Shown here one piece after another: positions 10,292 to 19,114 of a stretch of DNA of 32,000 nt. The position numbers and the translations under genes were made by a program. The stretch's first letter is position 1, and each line of letters opens with the position of its first letter. This DNA comes from an uncultured Alphaproteobacteria bacterium (lineage in GTDB: Bacteria > Pseudomonadota > Alphaproteobacteria > Rs-D84), in NCBI GenBank assembly GCA_963931495.1, contig OZ007020.1:90001-122000 (forward strand), read 5' to 3'. Under the pieces are notes generated by a model, which searched no databases, had not been told where the DNA came from, and worked only from the letters and a program-made list of their open reading frames with translations.

Positions 10292-10727
10292 TCTCCAACT
10301 TGGTTAAAATTCTGTTAATTATTTTTTGGGCATTGGTTAAATCTGCGGCATCAGAACGCGATAATGATGAAAAAAATTTTTCAATTGTGGCACGCATTTC
10401 TGACAATGCCCGAACAGCAACACGTTCACCCGCCGCCGATACAGAATACCATGTATTACGACGATCTTTGTCATCAATGCGACGTAACACCAAACCATCA
10501 CGTTCTAGTTTACGAAACGCGGCACATAAATTAGGCGTTGTAATAAATTCACGATGTGCAATATCTTTTAACTTGGCTGGCCCCGCCAAATGCAGCCGCA
10601 GCAAAATACTGACCTGTTGACGCGGATATCCCATAACCTGCATCGGGTCACGCTTTAACCGCCCCAGCAAGCGGTCCATTATGATTAAATTTGATTCCAT
10701 TATTTTCAAGAATTCTTTTTGCGCCAT
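10278..10727 (-). CDS. MarR-family transcriptional regulator, 149 aa
   Basis: The winged-helix pattern is QQVSILLRLHLAGPAKLKDIAHREFITTPNLCAAFRKLERDGLVLRRIDDKDRRNTWYSVSAAGERV. I chose the start at the internal ATG (10725-10727, RBS AAGGA) because the upstream 46 codons of the track ORF are low-complexity A/T-rich and overlap the promoter. The 3' end overlaps the tolC-like start by 14 nt. Confidence 0.85.
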   Translation of the reverse strand: MAQKEFLKIMESNLIIMDRLLGRLKRDPMQVMGYPRQQVSILLRLHLAGPAKLKDIAHREFITTPNLCAAFRKLERDGLVLRRIDDKDRRNTWYSVSAAGERVAVRALSEMRATIEKFFSSLSRSDAADLTNAQKIINRILTKLEIANA

Positions 10728-10785
10728 CTTAAAAATCCTTTTTTTATAAAATGTGATTTCGCCATAATTATTAAAAACTTTAATG

Positions 10786-10813
10786 ATTATATGTTTTAAC
10801 AAACAAATTGCAA
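10786..10813 (-). promoter_or_regulatory. Candidate promoter of the marR-tolC-adaptor-RND operon
   Basis: On the minus strand: TTGCAA (10808-10813), 16 nt, TATAAT (rc of 10786-10791). An A/T-rich inverted repeat ATTAAA-N3-TTTAAT lies just downstream and could be a MarR operator, though this is weak because of the A/T richness. Confidence 0.5.
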
Positions 10814-10874
10814 GTGCAAAAAATAAAAAAAATTGTAAATTTTTATATATCAATTCACTTGGCAAAAAATGTTA

Positions 10875-10902
10875 TTGCAAAATACAAAAAGATATTTATA
10901 AT
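10875..10902 (+). promoter_or_regulatory. Candidate tRNA-Gln promoter
   Basis: TTGCAA (10875-10880), 16 nt, TATAAT (10897-10902). The tRNA 5' end lies 13 nt downstream. It shares the 12-mer TTGCAAAATACA with the tRNA-Glu promoter candidate. Confidence 0.5.
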
Positions 10903-10914
10903 TCAGTTTGCTTT

Positions 10915-10988
10915 TGGGGTGTCGTCTAATGGTAGGACAAGAGATTTTGGTTCTCTTTATCATGGTTCGAATCCGTGCGCCCCAACCA
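10915..10988 (+). tRNA. tRNA-Gln (anticodon UUG), CCA encoded
   Basis: Hand-folded cloverleaf. Acceptor TGGGGTG/CGCCCCA with the Gln-typical U1:A72. D arm GTCT-AATGGTA-GGAC. Anticodon arm AGAGA-TTTTGGT-TCTCT. T arm CATGG-TTCGAAT-CCGTG. Discriminator A followed by CCA. Confidence 0.93.
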
Positions 10989-11393
10989 AATAAAAAACAC
11001 CCCACAGGGGTATTTTTTATTCGCTATTCGCACGGATTGTGCAAATACGTTTCACATTTGCACCGCAAAACATTATTAATGTTTTGTAACCATTTCGGAA
11101 AATCGCAGATTTCCCAAAATGGAAATGGGGGAACACCCCCATTCCCCCGTGTGCGCCCCAACCAAATAAAAAACACCCCACAGGGGTATTTTTTATTCGC
11201 TATTCGCACGGATTGTGCAAATACGTTTCACATTTGCACCGCAAAACATTATTAATGTTTTGTAACCATTTCGGAAAATCGCAGATTTCCCAAAATGGAA
11301 ATGGGGGAACACCCCCATTCCCCCGTGTGCGCCCCAACCAAATAAAAAACACCCCACAGGGGTATTTTTTATTCGCTATTCGCACGGATTGTG
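10975..11393. repeat. Perfect 176-bp tandem direct repeat, 2 full copies plus a 67-bp partial third, starting inside the 3' end of tRNA-Gln
   Basis: Copies lie at 10975-11150, 11151-11326 and 11327-11393, and read identical by eye. Each copy starts with GTGCGCCCCAACCA (the last 14 nt of tRNA-Gln including CCA) followed by the terminator hairpin. The 109-bp remainder contains a 9-bp inverted repeat AAAACATTA-T-TAATGTTTT (11067-11085) and an 8-bp GC hairpin AATGGGGG-AACA-CCCCCATT (11124-11143). Confidence 0.9.
10995..11018 (+). terminator. Short terminator hairpin after tRNA-Gln (re-iterated at +176 and +352 nt inside the repeat)
   Basis: AAAAAAC, then ACCCC-ACA-GGGGT (10999-11011), then A and T6. 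The stem is only 5 bp with a 3-nt loop, so it is a weak or leaky terminator. Confidence 0.5.
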
Positions 11394-11401
11394 ATTTAGA
11401 T

Positions 11402-11430
11402 TTGCAAAATACATAATTATTGATAATAAT
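11402..11430 (+). promoter_or_regulatory. Candidate tRNA-Glu promoter
   Basis: TTGCAA (11402-11407), 17 nt, AATAAT (11425-11430). The tRNA starts 11 nt downstream. The TTGCAAAATACA module matches the one upstream of tRNA-Gln. Confidence 0.4.
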
Positions 11431-11440
11431 ACACCGCACA

Positions 11441-11515
11441 GGTCCCATCGTCTAGGGGTCAGGACGTCAGATTCTCATTCTGAAAACACGGGTTCAATTC
11501 CCGTTGGGACTGCCA
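11441..11515 (+). tRNA. tRNA-Glu (anticodon CUC), CCA encoded
   Basis: Hand-folded cloverleaf. Acceptor GGTCCCA/TGGGACT (G1-U72 wobble). D arm GTCT-AGGGGTCA-GGAC. Anticodon arm TCAGA-TTCTCAT-TCTGA. A 4-nt variable loop as in tRNA-Glu. T arm ACGGG-TTCAATT-CCCGT. Discriminator G followed by CCA. Confidence 0.88.
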
Positions 11516-11854
11516 AAAACTATTACAAAGTACAGTTATTGTAATTTTTACTAAAAATAAAAAATTTTTATTCTTGCATTTCGGGATAGCGCATACTAGC
11601 ATAACTTATGAATCCCATAGGGGACTGTGGGGTCTGGAATGTCACAATTCCTGCAACAGCGGTGCGAAGGCATCGTTAATATCCGCATGGTGTTTTCGCA
11701 CCTGAAAAAAAATCCCTGATTGTGGTCGGGGGGCCGATAGTATATAAAAGACGGGCAACCGAAAAACTATCGGAGTCTTCTGTTGTAGATTTGTGACCCC
11801 CCCGGCATTGTTTCCCTTTTGGGTTTTAGTACGCAAAAACAAAAGGAGAAAACT

Positions 11855-14470
11855 ATGTCAAATCCCATTAAAATTCGGGGTTTGATGTTCGGCATATCGG
11901 TGTTGCCGGCGCTGCTGGTCATGCCCGCAATGGCCGAACGAACAAGCATGGTAAACGCAGGCAGTTCGGGACCAGACCTGAATACGGTTGTACCAGATGG
12001 AATCATCAAGGTTGACGGCAACAAAGCAATCCATGCAATTCGCGGGGATTCTTATTTATCAACACCAAACATAATAATTGAATCAACAAATTACACAAAA
12101 AATGGCGCAATTTACGCCGATGGTTCTAAAACCACTTTGACACTGGGTGGCGAAAGTACCAAAGATATTTCTGTGAAATCTGATCAGGGCATGGCCACAA
12201 AAATCGCCAATGGGGCCCAATTGAACATAAGTGGCGAAAATGTTACTGTTCACGCCAAAAATCGGGGATTATATACCGTATATGATTCAATCATGGCCGT
12301 ACCAAAGGAATCTGTTATCAATGTAAATGCAAAAGACAGTATGACCATATCGTCTGACAGCGACAGCGCAGTTATTGCATTGGCAAATGGTTCCGCGATT
12401 TCTTTGACCGGTAAATCCATAGATATATCAACGAAATCAGCGACGGCGGCCGCGGTTCATGCCGGGAATAATACACAGACGGCGTCTGGGAACACCAAAC
12501 AGGCAAATGTTAACTTAAATGCAGATACTGTAAAAATCGCCAGTGAAAACGTTGCTGTGTCTGCAATGAGCCAGGGTATCATAAACATTAATGGCGATGC
12601 GGAAATTTCTGGTACCAAGGCGATTGTTGCACGTGGTGGCGCCGAAGTTAATATTAATACAGATGGTGCGCACACAACACAAATTGATGGAAATATCAGT
12701 TTTGACTTTCATGAAGCGTCATCTAATACACCAATTGATGCAAATGTAAATGTTGTATTAAATGGGGCTGATTCGTCGTGGACAGGCAACACCATGATTG
12801 CATATGATTTTGGTGACGCACCGGCACCAGACGACAGTTATTTGACTGTTACCGGCATGAATCTGACCGTGGCAAACGGCGCCAAATGGACAGCAACAAA
12901 AATTGCTGATAACAAAGGCGAAGTAACAGGTTCTTATTATACCGGGTTAAATAATTTGAATGTTGATAACGGAACCATTGATATCGCAGATGCCATTATG
13001 GCCGATAACGCGAATATAAATAGTGCAATATTAAATACAGGTTCATTAACCATCAATGACAGTTTGGTGGCCACAGGTGACATCACAGGTACTGGGGCGT
13101 TGGTTATCGGGCAAGATGCAACCGCCAACATCGGTGATGCAAATATCAATCTGGCGTCCATTCAACTGGATGGGACTGTATCTGCCAGACTGACTGATAC
13201 CAACACGGCAAAATTCACTGCCACCGACAGCATCAGTGGTTCAGGTACTGTAAACATGGCGATTAAATCAGCCGGAACATATACAGTATTTGACGCCCCT
13301 GAAATCGCATTCAGTGGTAAAACATCTGTTGAATTCAACAACGACATTTTCAAACTGGATTGGTCTGATGACGAAACATCATTTACCGCAAAATTAAAAT
13401 CGGTTGATGAAATTGCATCTGATAATAACCTGTCGGGGAACGCCGCACAGTCTGTTGTTAATATTACCAATTCAACATCTGATGCGTTGAACGAATTAAG
13501 CATGCGCGCACAAATCGCGTTGGCCCAGAAAGACGCAGATTCTATTGAACATGCCGCACGGGCAATCAATCCAGAAACAGCATCTGTGACACAATCAATG
13601 GCGTCATCTGTGCAAAACACTGTTACATCATTGGCGGCAAATCGTATGTCTGGAATGACAATCGGGCGCAATGGTGGCGATGGTGATTCTGTACTGACCG
13701 CCGGCGGTGTGTGGGCCCAAGGATTGTTCAACAGCACAAATTACAGTGGACAATTTGATGGAACAACTGGTGGTGTTGCAGTCGGCCTTGACGGCACATT
13801 CGGTTCAGATTGGACCGTTGGAATCGGGTATTCGTTCGCAAACAGCGATGTTGATGCCACAGCACGCAATACCGAAATCAACAGTCACACTGTGTTTGCG
13901 TATGGTCAATACAAGCCATCACAATGGTATGCAAACGCAACATTGAACTATACGTTGTCCGGATACACTGAATCGGGCGATGCGCTGGATTTAGCGGTGG
14001 CATCTGAATACAACATCAATGCGTTTGGTGGTCAAATTGCCACTGGGTACGATACATCAATCGGCATCACCCCAGAACTGGCGGTGCGGTACTTGCACAT
14101 CGGTGGCGCGGATTATGAAAACAGTCTGGATGTTGCCAACAGTATTTCAGACACGAATTATCTGACTGGTGTATTGGGTGCAAAATATGCATTTAATTTC
14201 CAGGCCACAGATGAATTCTTTATCCGGCCCGAACTGCGCGCGGCGGTTAAATATGATATGTTGTCTGACGTGGCAATGACAACTGTAACCATGCCGGGCG
14301 TTAATGCATATGTTATGACGGGTGAACGCCTGTCACGTCTGGGTGGTGAATTCGGACTGGGATTGACCATGACATATGCCGGCGTTGACGTATCGTTGAA
14401 CTATGACATAGAAGTTCGCGAAAACTATACATCACAAACAGGTATGGTTCGCGCCAGATATAATTTCTAG
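11855..14470 (+). CDS. Classical (type Va) autotransporter, 871 aa: repetitive beta-helix-like passenger plus C-terminal beta-barrel
   Basis: I chose the start at ATG 11855 (RBS AGGAG at 11844-11848), giving the signal peptide MSNPIKIRGLMFGISVLPALLVMPAMA. The passenger is rich in N/G/T/A/I repeats. The C-terminal ~270 aa matches the autotransporter beta-domain pattern (GGVWAQGLF...GVAVGLD...WTVGIGYSF...) and ends RARYNF with a terminal Phe. A terminator follows. Confidence 0.92.
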   Translation: MSNPIKIRGLMFGISVLPALLVMPAMAERTSMVNAGSSGPDLNTVVPDGIIKVDGNKAIHAIRGDSYLSTPNIIIESTNYTKNGAIYADGSKTTLTLGGESTKDISVKSDQGMATKIANGAQLNISGENVTVHAKNRGLYTVYDSIMAVPKESVINVNAKDSMTISSDSDSAVIALANGSAISLTGKSIDISTKSATAAAVHAGNNTQTASGNTKQANVNLNADTVKIASENVAVSAMSQGIININGDAEISGTKAIVARGGAEVNINTDGAHTTQIDGNISFDFHEASSNTPIDANVNVVLNGADSSWTGNTMIAYDFGDAPAPDDSYLTVTGMNLTVANGAKWTATKIADNKGEVTGSYYTGLNNLNVDNGTIDIADAIMADNANINSAILNTGSLTINDSLVATGDITGTGALVIGQDATANIGDANINLASIQLDGTVSARLTDTNTAKFTATDSISGSGTVNMAIKSAGTYTVFDAPEIAFSGKTSVEFNNDIFKLDWSDDETSFTAKLKSVDEIASDNNLSGNAAQSVVNITNSTSDALNELSMRAQIALAQKDADSIEHAARAINPETASVTQSMASSVQNTVTSLAANRMSGMTIGRNGGDGDSVLTAGGVWAQGLFNSTNYSGQFDGTTGGVAVGLDGTFGSDWTVGIGYSFANSDVDATARNTEINSHTVFAYGQYKPSQWYANATLNYTLSGYTESGDALDLAVASEYNINAFGGQIATGYDTSIGITPELAVRYLHIGGADYENSLDVANSISDTNYLTGVLGAKYAFNFQATDEFFIRPELRAAVKYDMLSDVAMTTVTMPGVNAYVMTGERLSRLGGEFGLGLTMTYAGVDVSLNYDIEVRENYTSQTGMVRARYNF

Positions 14471-14488
14471 TTCACACGAATGTACGTA

Positions 14489-14514
14489 AAAAATCCCCCA
14501 AATGGGGGATTTTT
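14489..14514 (+). terminator. Rho-independent terminator of the autotransporter gene
   Basis: AAATCCCCC-AAAT-GGGGGATTT (14491-14512) followed by a T-run. Confidence 0.85.
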
Positions 14515-14526
14515 ATTATGCGTAAT

Positions 14527-14554
14527 TTGACTTTCTGCAAATCTTGAATATACT
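14527..14554 (+). promoter_or_regulatory. Candidate sigma70-like promoter
   Basis: TTGACT (14527-14532), 16 nt, TATACT (14549-14554). Confidence 0.45.
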
Positions 14555-14641
14555 TATATCCGTGTCAGAACTTACAAATTCCACACTTAACAAATCACAG
14601 TTGTGCACTGTACATACATGGAACAGAACAAAAGGAATATT

Positions 14642-15226
14642 ATGTCAAAAACATCAGATAAAGTTTTATTGGCCATCAGTTTGACCGCCGCCGCCGCAAT
14701 AATAATGTCCGCGGTCGTGTTACAATATAATTCAACCGGGTATACAAATGAAAAAATGGCAAACGCCCGTGCCAAGGTAAAATTTGCACTGACCCATTAT
14801 GAAAATGCATATAACGATGCCGTTATACGCAGCGCAGATACACTGGAAACCAATCCAGAATATTTGAAATTAATATCTGATGCAAAAAAACTGTCTGGGC
14901 AACTGGACAGTGGGCGGTATAAATCAGCGGACGAATATAACGCTGTATTACGCCAAATTGATATGATATTGATACGCGCAGATTCATTGGCCGAAAAATT
15001 ACGCAGTGAATACATCAATAAAGATCGTAAATTACAGGGCGCAGAACAGTATAACAAATTTATTCAACAAAATATCGCGCACTTGAAACGCGACAGTGTC
15101 ATTACCGATTCAATACGCCGCGTTCCGGTGGCAAAACGTTTTGGGGATAACCTGGCCCAAATGCGTACAGATTATCATAGTGCCGTAATTGCACGGCATT
15201 TGAAAAAGATGCAACGCACGCGTTAA
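14642..15226 (+). CDS. Membrane-anchored coiled-coil protein, hypothetical (194 aa)
   Basis: The start at ATG 14642 (RBS AAGGA at 14632-14636) gives MSKTSDKVLLAISLTAAAAIIMSAVVL, an N-terminal TM anchor. The rest is charged and helical. A strong terminator follows. Confidence 0.7.
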   Translation: MSKTSDKVLLAISLTAAAAIIMSAVVLQYNSTGYTNEKMANARAKVKFALTHYENAYNDAVIRSADTLETNPEYLKLISDAKKLSGQLDSGRYKSADEYNAVLRQIDMILIRADSLAEKLRSEYINKDRKLQGAEQYNKFIQQNIAHLKRDSVITDSIRRVPVAKRFGDNLAQMRTDYHSAVIARHLKKMQRTR

Positions 15227-15256
15227 AAATCGCGCCATTTTGGCGCGATTTTTTTT
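15227..15256 (+). terminator. Rho-independent terminator
   Basis: AAATCGCGCC-ATTTT-GGCGCGATTT followed by a T-run through 15256. Confidence 0.85.
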
Positions 15257-15425
15257 GCCAACCCTTGAACAAGAACAGATTCAGAACAATTTGAATTTAT
15301 AATTTGTTCCTGCACAAATGGTGACATCTGTGGCCGAAAATCCGGCACCGCGTACATACGGGATTTCTTATGTCCCCGAAGCCGCATCCCTGTGGATTCA
15401 AAAGAATTATTAATGCAACCAAAAA

Positions 15426-15815
15426 TTATGAATTTTTCAATAAATCACGCGCCTGTTCCAGTATGGCGATTGCCACCCCCAGACGTGAATCATCGCGGGA
15501 TTCGGGTGATTGTGCCGTGTTATTTTGGTCGGCCGACATGCCGACACTGCGCACAAATTCTTCGGCAGATGTTGGAAAATTACCATCGCGCAATAATTTT
15601 TTGACCCCGGCAATGGTCATACCATGCTTGTACAGCAAGTCACGAATTACGACCAAACGTTCCACTGTTTCTGTGCGATAATATCGGCGCCCACCCGCCC
15701 CAGTTGTTGGCCGAATTGCCGCGGGGAATTGCTTTTCCCAATAACGCAAGGTGTGTGCCGGCACAGACAAACGTTTTGAAACTTCGTTTATTGATGAAAA
15801 ATATTCATTGTCCAT
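15426..15815 (-). CDS. MerR-family HTH transcriptional regulator (129 aa)
   Basis: The N-terminal MerR HTH is FSSINEVSKRLSVPAHTLRYWEKQFP...GGRRYYRTETVERLVVIRDLLYKHGMTIAGVKKLL. I chose the start at ATG 15813-15815 (RBS GGGGGTG), 13 nt after the gyrA stop. The longer track ORF would overlap gyrA. Confidence 0.85.
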   Translation of the reverse strand: MDNEYFSSINEVSKRLSVPAHTLRYWEKQFPAAIRPTTGAGGRRYYRTETVERLVVIRDLLYKHGMTIAGVKKLLRDGNFPTSAEEFVRSVGMSADQNNTAQSPESRDDSRLGVAIAILEQARDLLKNS

Positions 15816-15828
15816 GCCGCACCCCCAT

Positions 15829-18576
15829 TTATTGTTGTGTGTTTTGTTCGGCGACTTCGGATTCAACTTCGGATTCTTCGCCTTCATCGCTTAGAATAGA
15901 AATTGCCGATACAACGCGTTCGTTTTCCGCCGTACGGAACAGCGTCACACCCGCAGTTGCACGCCCAGCAATACGAACATCGCGCACAGGTGTACGTATT
16001 ATCTTGCCACCGTCGGTCACCATAATAATATCGTTATTATCGGCAACCGGGAACGAACCTGCCACCGCAGTGTTCTTGCCACCCAGTTTGATATTTGTAA
16101 ATCCACCGCCACCACGATGCGTTGTACGATATTCATACGAACTGGTGCGCTTGCCGAATCCGTTTTCAGACACAGTCAATATAAATTGCTCGTCGGCGGC
16201 CATGCGTGCCATTTGGTTATCATCCAATGTCAGTGTTGTGGATTCTTCGTCATCAGATGCCTCTTCTTCTATGCCGGTGGCGGCGCGACGCGCAGCGCGC
16301 GATTGCTTGATATACGCGGCGCGTACCGCGGCATCAGATTCGCCGTGTGTCAGCATCGCCATGCCGATAATTTTATCGTCTGGCCCCAATGTCATACCAC
16401 GTACACCGGTTGAATTACGGCCGGCAAATACACGAATTTCAGATACAGGGAATCGTATACAGCGCCCGCGATACGTTGCCAAGAATACATCTTGGTCTTC
16501 ACTGCATGGTAAAACAGAAATCAAACTGTCGCCATCGTCCAATTTCATCGCAATCTTGCCATTTGCACGAATTGAATCAAAATCAGATGTGCGATTGCGA
16601 CGAACCGTCCCAGACGCCGTTGCAAACATCAAGAAATGTTCTTTGCCGGACGCAGCAGCCGCGGCCACATCTTCTTCGGGTACTGGCAAAATTGCCGTGA
16701 TTGTTTCGCCATTTTCCAGTGGCAACAAATTCACCAGCGGACGTCCCTTGGCGGCGGCGGCGGCTTCGGGTAATTTATATGTTTTTAATTTATAGCATAT
16801 CCCGCGGGACGAAAAGAACAACAGCGGTGTATGCGTGTTCGCAACAAAAACCTGGACCACATAGTCATCGTCCTTGGTCGCCATTGCGTTACGCCCCTTG
16901 CCCCCACGTTTTTGCGCACGATACGTATCCAGTGATACACGTTTTATATATCCAGTATTTGATACAGTAATAACCATATCTTCGCGTGCGATTAAATCTT
17001 CTATATCAATATCTATTTCGGCATCAGATATTTCGGTACGACGCGGACTGGCCCAATTATCACGTACCATTGTCGTTTCATCGCGAATAATTTGGATAAT
17101 GCGTGCGTGACTGCCCAAGATGTCCAGCAAGTCTTTGATTTGCGCGCCCAATTCCACCAAATCAGCATGCAATTTATCACGTTCCAGCCCCGTCAAACGA
17201 TGCAACTGCAATTCCAAAATCGCACGTGCTTGGTCATCAGACATATAAAACATGCCGTCTTTGTATTCAGTATTTGGGTCATCAATCAATTGAATATAAT
17301 TTTCAATATCTGATGCACGCCACCCACGCGCGACCAATGCCGCACGTGCCGCATCCGGCGATTCACTGGATTTAATTAATTCAATAACTTCATCCAAGTT
17401 ACCAACCGCAACCGACAACCCCAACAACGTATGCGCCCGATTGCGCGCACGGTTCAAATCAAAAATCGTACGACGACGAATAACTTCGCATCGGAAATCA
17501 ATAAACGCATCCAACACACCACGAACATTAAACAACATCGGCCGGCCACGATTAAGCGCCATCATATTAACCGGAAAGTTCGTTTGCATTTCTGTGTACT
17601 GGAACAAATGATTCAGCACAACATCTGGAATTGCATCACGCTTTAATTCAATTACAATGCGCAATCCTTCCTTGGATGATTCATCACGAATTTCCGATAT
17701 ACCTTCTATGCGTTTATCCTTGCTTAATTCAGCAATTTTCATAATCAGTTGCGATTTGTTCACCTGGTACGGGATTTCATCAACAACAATTGCCGGATGG
17801 TCATGGAATGTTTCCATGTGCGTTTTTGCACGAACAATTATTGAACCACGTCCTGTGGTATGCGCCTTGTACGCGCCAGCGCGCCCCATAACAATTGCCC
17901 CAGTTGGGAAATCAGGCCCCGGAATTATGCCGAACAATTCATCGTCTGACAAATTCGGATTATCCAAAATCGCCAAAATCCCATTGCAAATTTCCCCCAG
18001 ATTATATGTCGGCACATTTGTCGCCATACCAACCGCAATCCCAGAACCACCATTTACCAAGAAATTTGGAAACTTGGTTGGCAAAACAACCGGTTCTTGT
18101 AATGTGCCATCAAAGTTCGGTTGCCAATCAACTGTATCTTTATCCAAATCATCCATCATGGATGCGCCCAGTTTGCTAAGCCGTGCTTCGGTATAACGCA
18201 TGGCCGCCGCCTTGTCCCCGTCGCGCGAACCAAAGTTACCTTGGCCCTGGACCAGCATTTCCCCCATGGAAAAATCTTGCCCCATACGGACCATTGCTTC
18301 ATATATAGAACTGTCACCATGGGGATGATATTTACCCATAACATCACCGACAATACGTGCGGATTTAACCGTCGGCTTTGTCGCCGGCGCAACATCATTC
18401 ATCACATACAAAATACGACGATGCACCGGTTTGCACCCGTCACGAACATCTGGCAACGCACGGTCAACAATGACCGACATCGCATAGTCCAAAAAACTGG
18501 TGCGCATTTCATGTTCCAGGGAAGATTGTGGAACCTTGACTTCATTTATTTCATTGATATTGTTTGTTTCTGACAT
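15829..18576 (-). CDS. gyrA: DNA gyrase subunit A (915 aa)
   Basis: The sequence matches GyrA unmistakably: [61 protein letters not shown] (QRDR region), the active-site region [10 protein letters not shown], beta-pinwheel CTD repeats and an acidic tail. I chose the start at ATG 18574-18576 (RBS AAGGGA). Confidence 0.97.
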   Translation of the reverse strand: MSETNNINEINEVKVPQSSLEHEMRTSFLDYAMSVIVDRALPDVRDGCKPVHRRILYVMNDVAPATKPTVKSARIVGDVMGKYHPHGDSSIYEAMVRMGQDFSMGEMLVQGQGNFGSRDGDKAAAMRYTEARLSKLGASMMDDLDKDTVDWQPNFDGTLQEPVVLPTKFPNFLVNGGSGIAVGMATNVPTYNLGEICNGILAILDNPNLSDDELFGIIPGPDFPTGAIVMGRAGAYKAHTTGRGSIIVRAKTHMETFHDHPAIVVDEIPYQVNKSQLIMKIAELSKDKRIEGISEIRDESSKEGLRIVIELKRDAIPDVVLNHLFQYTEMQTNFPVNMMALNRGRPMLFNVRGVLDAFIDFRCEVIRRRTIFDLNRARNRAHTLLGLSVAVGNLDEVIELIKSSESPDAARAALVARGWRASDIENYIQLIDDPNTEYKDGMFYMSDDQARAILELQLHRLTGLERDKLHADLVELGAQIKDLLDILGSHARIIQIIRDETTMVRDNWASPRRTEISDAEIDIDIEDLIAREDMVITVSNTGYIKRVSLDTYRAQKRGGKGRNAMATKDDDYVVQVFVANTHTPLLFFSSRGICYKLKTYKLPEAAAAAKGRPLVNLLPLENGETITAILPVPEEDVAAAAASGKEHFLMFATASGTVRRNRTSDFDSIRANGKIAMKLDDGDSLISVLPCSEDQDVFLATYRGRCIRFPVSEIRVFAGRNSTGVRGMTLGPDDKIIGMAMLTHGESDAAVRAAYIKQSRAARRAATGIEEEASDDEESTTLTLDDNQMARMAADEQFILTVSENGFGKRTSSYEYRTTHRGGGGFTNIKLGGKNTAVAGSFPVADNNDIIMVTDGGKIIRTPVRDVRIAGRATAGVTLFRTAENERVVSAISILSDEGEESEVESEVAEQNTQQ

Positions 18577-18606
18577 ACTATGATTTCCCTTGTTTTTAAC
18601 AAGTAA

Positions 18607-18636
18607 AGAATAGCAAATTTTTTGACTTTTGGTCAA
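18607..18636 (-). promoter_or_regulatory. Candidate gyrA promoter
   Basis: On the minus strand: TTGACC (rc of 18631-18636), 18 nt, TATTCT (rc of 18607-18612). Motif match only. Confidence 0.3.
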
Positions 18637-18780
18637 GACATAAACCCTAAAAAATACATTGACAAATAAACCATTTGTGATACCAATAATATGTGGTTGT
18701 TATTGTGTGACAGATATGAATAAATATAAAAATTCTGGCATCAGAATCCACGTGTTATAACACAACAAAGGGAACAGACA

Positions 18781-18876
18781 ATGTTTTTACCACTGTGGCG
18801 ATTATTTGCGGCCCTGTTTGCGTATTATATGATACTGGAAGGTATGAAAAAATTGGGGCTGGTAAAATCTAAATAA
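18781..18876 (+). CDS. Possible small hydrophobic protein (31 aa), not in the ORF track
   Basis: The ATG at 18781 is preceded by AAGGGA with 7-nt spacing. The product is MFLPLWRLFAALFAYYMILEGMKKLGLVKSK, with the stop at 18874-18876. It is short and unsupported by anything else. Confidence 0.3.
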   Translation: MFLPLWRLFAALFAYYMILEGMKKLGLVKSK

Positions 18877-18933
18877 AAAAGGTTGCGTTTTTACAAAACC
18901 TGTGGTTAAATATACGCGCAAAAGGATTTAATT

Positions 18934-19086
18934 ATGGCAACAAAACGTACATATCAACCATCTAAAACACGCCGTGTGCGCACACATGGGTTCCGTGAAA
19001 AGATGGCAACAAAATCTGGGCGTGCGGTACTGAACCGCCGTCGTGCAGCGGGTCGTAAAAGACTGGCTGTCAGTGCAGTGAATTAA
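18934..19086 (+). CDS. rpmH: 50S ribosomal protein L34 (50 aa)
   Basis: My own translation is [50 protein letters not shown], which matches the highly conserved L34 pattern (KRTxQPS...HGFRxRMxTxxGRxVLxxRRxKGRKxL). RBS AAAGGA lies at 18921-18926. The ORF is below the 60-aa cutoff of the track. Confidence 0.95.
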   Translation: MATKRTYQPSKTRRVRTHGFREKMATKSGRAVLNRRRAAGRKRLAVSAVN

Positions 19087-19088
19087 AG

Positions 19089-19110
19089 AACCGCCGCGTG
19101 GCGGTTTTTT
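19089..19110. terminator. Bidirectional terminator between rpmH and the XRE gene
   Basis: AACCGCC-GCGT-GGCGGTT (19089-19106) followed by a T-run. In the reverse orientation it is followed by CTTTAATT. Confidence 0.8.
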
Positions 19111-19114
19111 AATT

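Noticed and set aside
10728-10865. 46-codon N-terminal extension of the MarR ORF
   Set aside because: The extension is A/T-rich low-complexity sequence (..FFLFFALAICLLKHIIIKVF..). It would place the coding sequence over the best promoter, and the internal ATG has a proper RBS.
10975-11393. CRISPR array interpretation of the tandem repeat
   Set aside because: The units are 176 bp, directly abutting and identical. There are no unique spacers, no cas genes, and no 25-40-bp repeat periodicity.
10908-11448. ORFs of 61-115 aa on both strands inside the 176-bp repeat (10908-11255 +, 11024-11209 -, 11200-11448 -, 11213-11416 +)
   Set aside because: They exist only because the repeat lacks stops in some frames. 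They run through a tRNA 3' end and terminator hairpins, and they have no SD.
11642-12024. Minus-strand ORFs 11642-11842 (66 aa) and 11767-12024 (85 aa)
   Set aside because: They lie in the leader and overlap the autotransporter start antisense. They have no SD, and the structured elements argue for non-coding sequence.
13162-13737. 191-aa minus-strand ORF
   Set aside because: It is antisense to the autotransporter passenger/linker region. Repetitive beta-helix genes commonly lack stops on the opposite strand.
15257-15425. tRNA or other ncRNA downstream of the merR-like gene
   Set aside because: GGATTCAAA and CGGGG...CCCG fragments are superficially tRNA-like. However, no cloverleaf can be folded: there is no T-arm GTTCRANNC context, and the would-be anticodon loop is 10 nt.
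15816-15887. 24-codon N-terminal extension of the MerR-like ORF
   Set aside because: It would overlap the gyrA 3' end by 59 nt. The internal ATG at 15815 has a GGGGGTG SD and begins right before the HTH.
15704-16795. 363-aa plus-strand ORF
   Set aside because: It is antisense to gyrA. The sequence is S/A/R/P-rich and low-complexity, while gyrA is unambiguous.
18577-18933. Replication origin or DnaA boxes in the gyrA-rpmH intergenic region
   Set aside because: There are only partial matches to TTATCCACA (for example GAATCCACG and TGTGGTTGT). There is no cluster of boxes, no dnaA/dnaN nearby, and no A/T-rich 13-mer array.
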